From assembly GCA_964652065.1 (NCBI GenBank), contig CAZYZU010000002.1, positions 1-36,676 on the forward strand: a stretch of DNA of 36,676 nt, read 5' to 3'. A program made the position numbers and the translations under genes. Source of the stretch: an uncultured Muribaculaceae bacterium (lineage in GTDB: Bacteria; Bacillota_I; Bacilli_A; RF39; UBA660). How positions within the stretch are numbered: the stretch's first letter is position 1; the number at the start of each line of letters is the position of its first letter. Under the pieces are notes generated by a model. The model saw only the letters and a list, made by a program, of their open reading frames with translations. It was not told where the DNA came from and did not search any database. Shown here in pieces: positions 35,827-36,676 of the stretch.

Positions 35827-36537
35827 TTGTTTTCATTTTTAGCAGTTGTGATTGGTTCTTTTATGCCTTTTTTAATACTTGTTTTATTAATTGTTGTACA
35901 TGAATTAGGGCATTTTTTTTCAGCAATATTTTTTAAAATAGATGTAGATAAAATATATATATATCCTTTTGGAGGTATTTCTAAATTTAATATTTCTTTA
36001 AATGAAAGTTTATTAAAGGAATTTATTATTTTAATAATGGGGCCACTTTTTCAAATGATTTTTTTTCTTATAATTATTAATATAGATTATTTTAATAATT
36101 ATATTTCTTTAATTAGTGTTTATAATTATACAATTTTATTTTTTAATTTACTTCCTATATATCCTCTTGATGGAGGGAAATTATTAAATATTATTATGTC
36201 ACTATATTTTTCATTTAAGCAAAGTTTTATTTTTTCTATATATATATCTTATTTTATTATTATTTTAATATCTATCTTTTTTGTTTGTACAAATTTATCT
36301 ATTAATATAATTGTTATTGTAAGTTTTTTAATTTATAAAGTAAGAAGTGAATCTAGACGAGAAAAATATTTATTTGATAAATTCTTATTAGAAAGATATT
36401 TAAATGATTATAAATATTTAAAGAGAAAAAAAGTAGAAAATATTGATGAATTTATGAGAGGTAGATATCATTTTATGAAAATGAATGATAAATATTATAC
36501 TGAAAAGGCTATACTGGATAAAAAATTTAATAAATAG
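35827..36537 (+). CDS. M50 site-2 metalloprotease (SpoIVFB-like)
   Basis: HELGHF and NLLPIYPLDGG motifs. Polytopic. The start codon is uncertain. Confidence 0.75.
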   Translation: MFSFLAVVIGSFMPFLILVLLIVVHELGHFFSAIFFKIDVDKIYIYPFGGISKFNISLNESLLKEFIILIMGPLFQMIFFLIIINIDYFNNYISLISVYNYTILFFNLLPIYPLDGGKLLNIIMSLYFSFKQSFIFSIYISYFIIILISIFFVCTNLSINIIVIVSFLIYKVRSESRREKYLFDKFLLERYLNDYKYLKRKKVENIDEFMRGRYHFMKMNDKYYTEKAILDKKFNK

Positions 36538-36600
36538 TATTGACTTTTATTTTTTTTATATGCTATAATTTGATTACTGACTTAAATGAAGTTAGTGATT

Positions 36601-36676
36601 GGGGCATTAGCTCAGCTGGGAGAGCGTCACGTTTGCACCGTGAAGGTCAGCGGTTCGATCCCGCTATGCTCCACCA
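36601..36676 (+). tRNA. tRNA-Ala (TGC)
   Basis: GGGGCAT acceptor with the G3:U70 pair (GGGGCAT/ATGCTCC), anticodon loop TTTGCAC, GGTTCGATCC T-arm, encoded CCA. Ends at the window edge. Confidence 0.9.

Noticed and set aside
1-36676. CRISPR arrays, rRNA genes, IS elements with terminal inverted repeats
   Set aside because: I found no regularly spaced direct repeats, no rRNA-like conserved blocks and no transposase-like ORFs. The only mobile element I can support is the valS-inserted one.

Overview
Visibly AT-rich chromosomal segment of a low-GC Bacillota-type bacterium, possibly a spore former (mreCD followed by a spoIVFA/spoIVFB-like pair). Most of the window is housekeeping: LemA, an ABC-F ATPase, an activase/dehydratase-like operon, thermonuclease, cyclophilin, dCMP deaminase, radC, mreC, mreD and three tRNAs. 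The main feature is that the bacterial-type valS gene, preceded by a Val T-box leader, is cleanly split between codons 270 and 271 by a ~12.0-kb integrative element (about 18832..30840). The element has attP-like inverted ends and a large serine recombinase gene at its right edge. That recombinase appears to have lost its catalytic N-terminus through fusion to an unrelated membrane-anchored ORF. The cargo is: (i) a complete, divergent type-2 ValRS just inside attL, joined to the truncated host frame by a TAATG overlap and so apparently driven by the host T-box operon; (ii) a frameshifted wHTH Rep-like gene; (iii) a truncated RelA/SpoT homologue (HD-Synth-TGS only) behind a Cys-rich leader ORF and terminator; (iv) a single polypeptide fusing a PqqD-like RRE, a SagB-type dehydrogenase and a YcaO domain, followed by an unannotated 37-codon Cys/Gly/Thr-rich precursor ORF, i.e. 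a minimal azol(in)e RiPP locus; (v) a double-HTH XRE regulator, small unknown proteins and an ArpU-like regulator. I think this is the most interesting system in the window. The link between the RiPP and ValRS (self-resistance) is hypothesis only. Separately, 2100..2690 is a ~0.6-kb GC-enriched non-coding region under a consensus promoter, directly upstream of a small 4-TM protein with a DxxxD motif. This resembles an OLE RNA/oapA pair. All family assignments come from motif recognition by eye; no searches were run.
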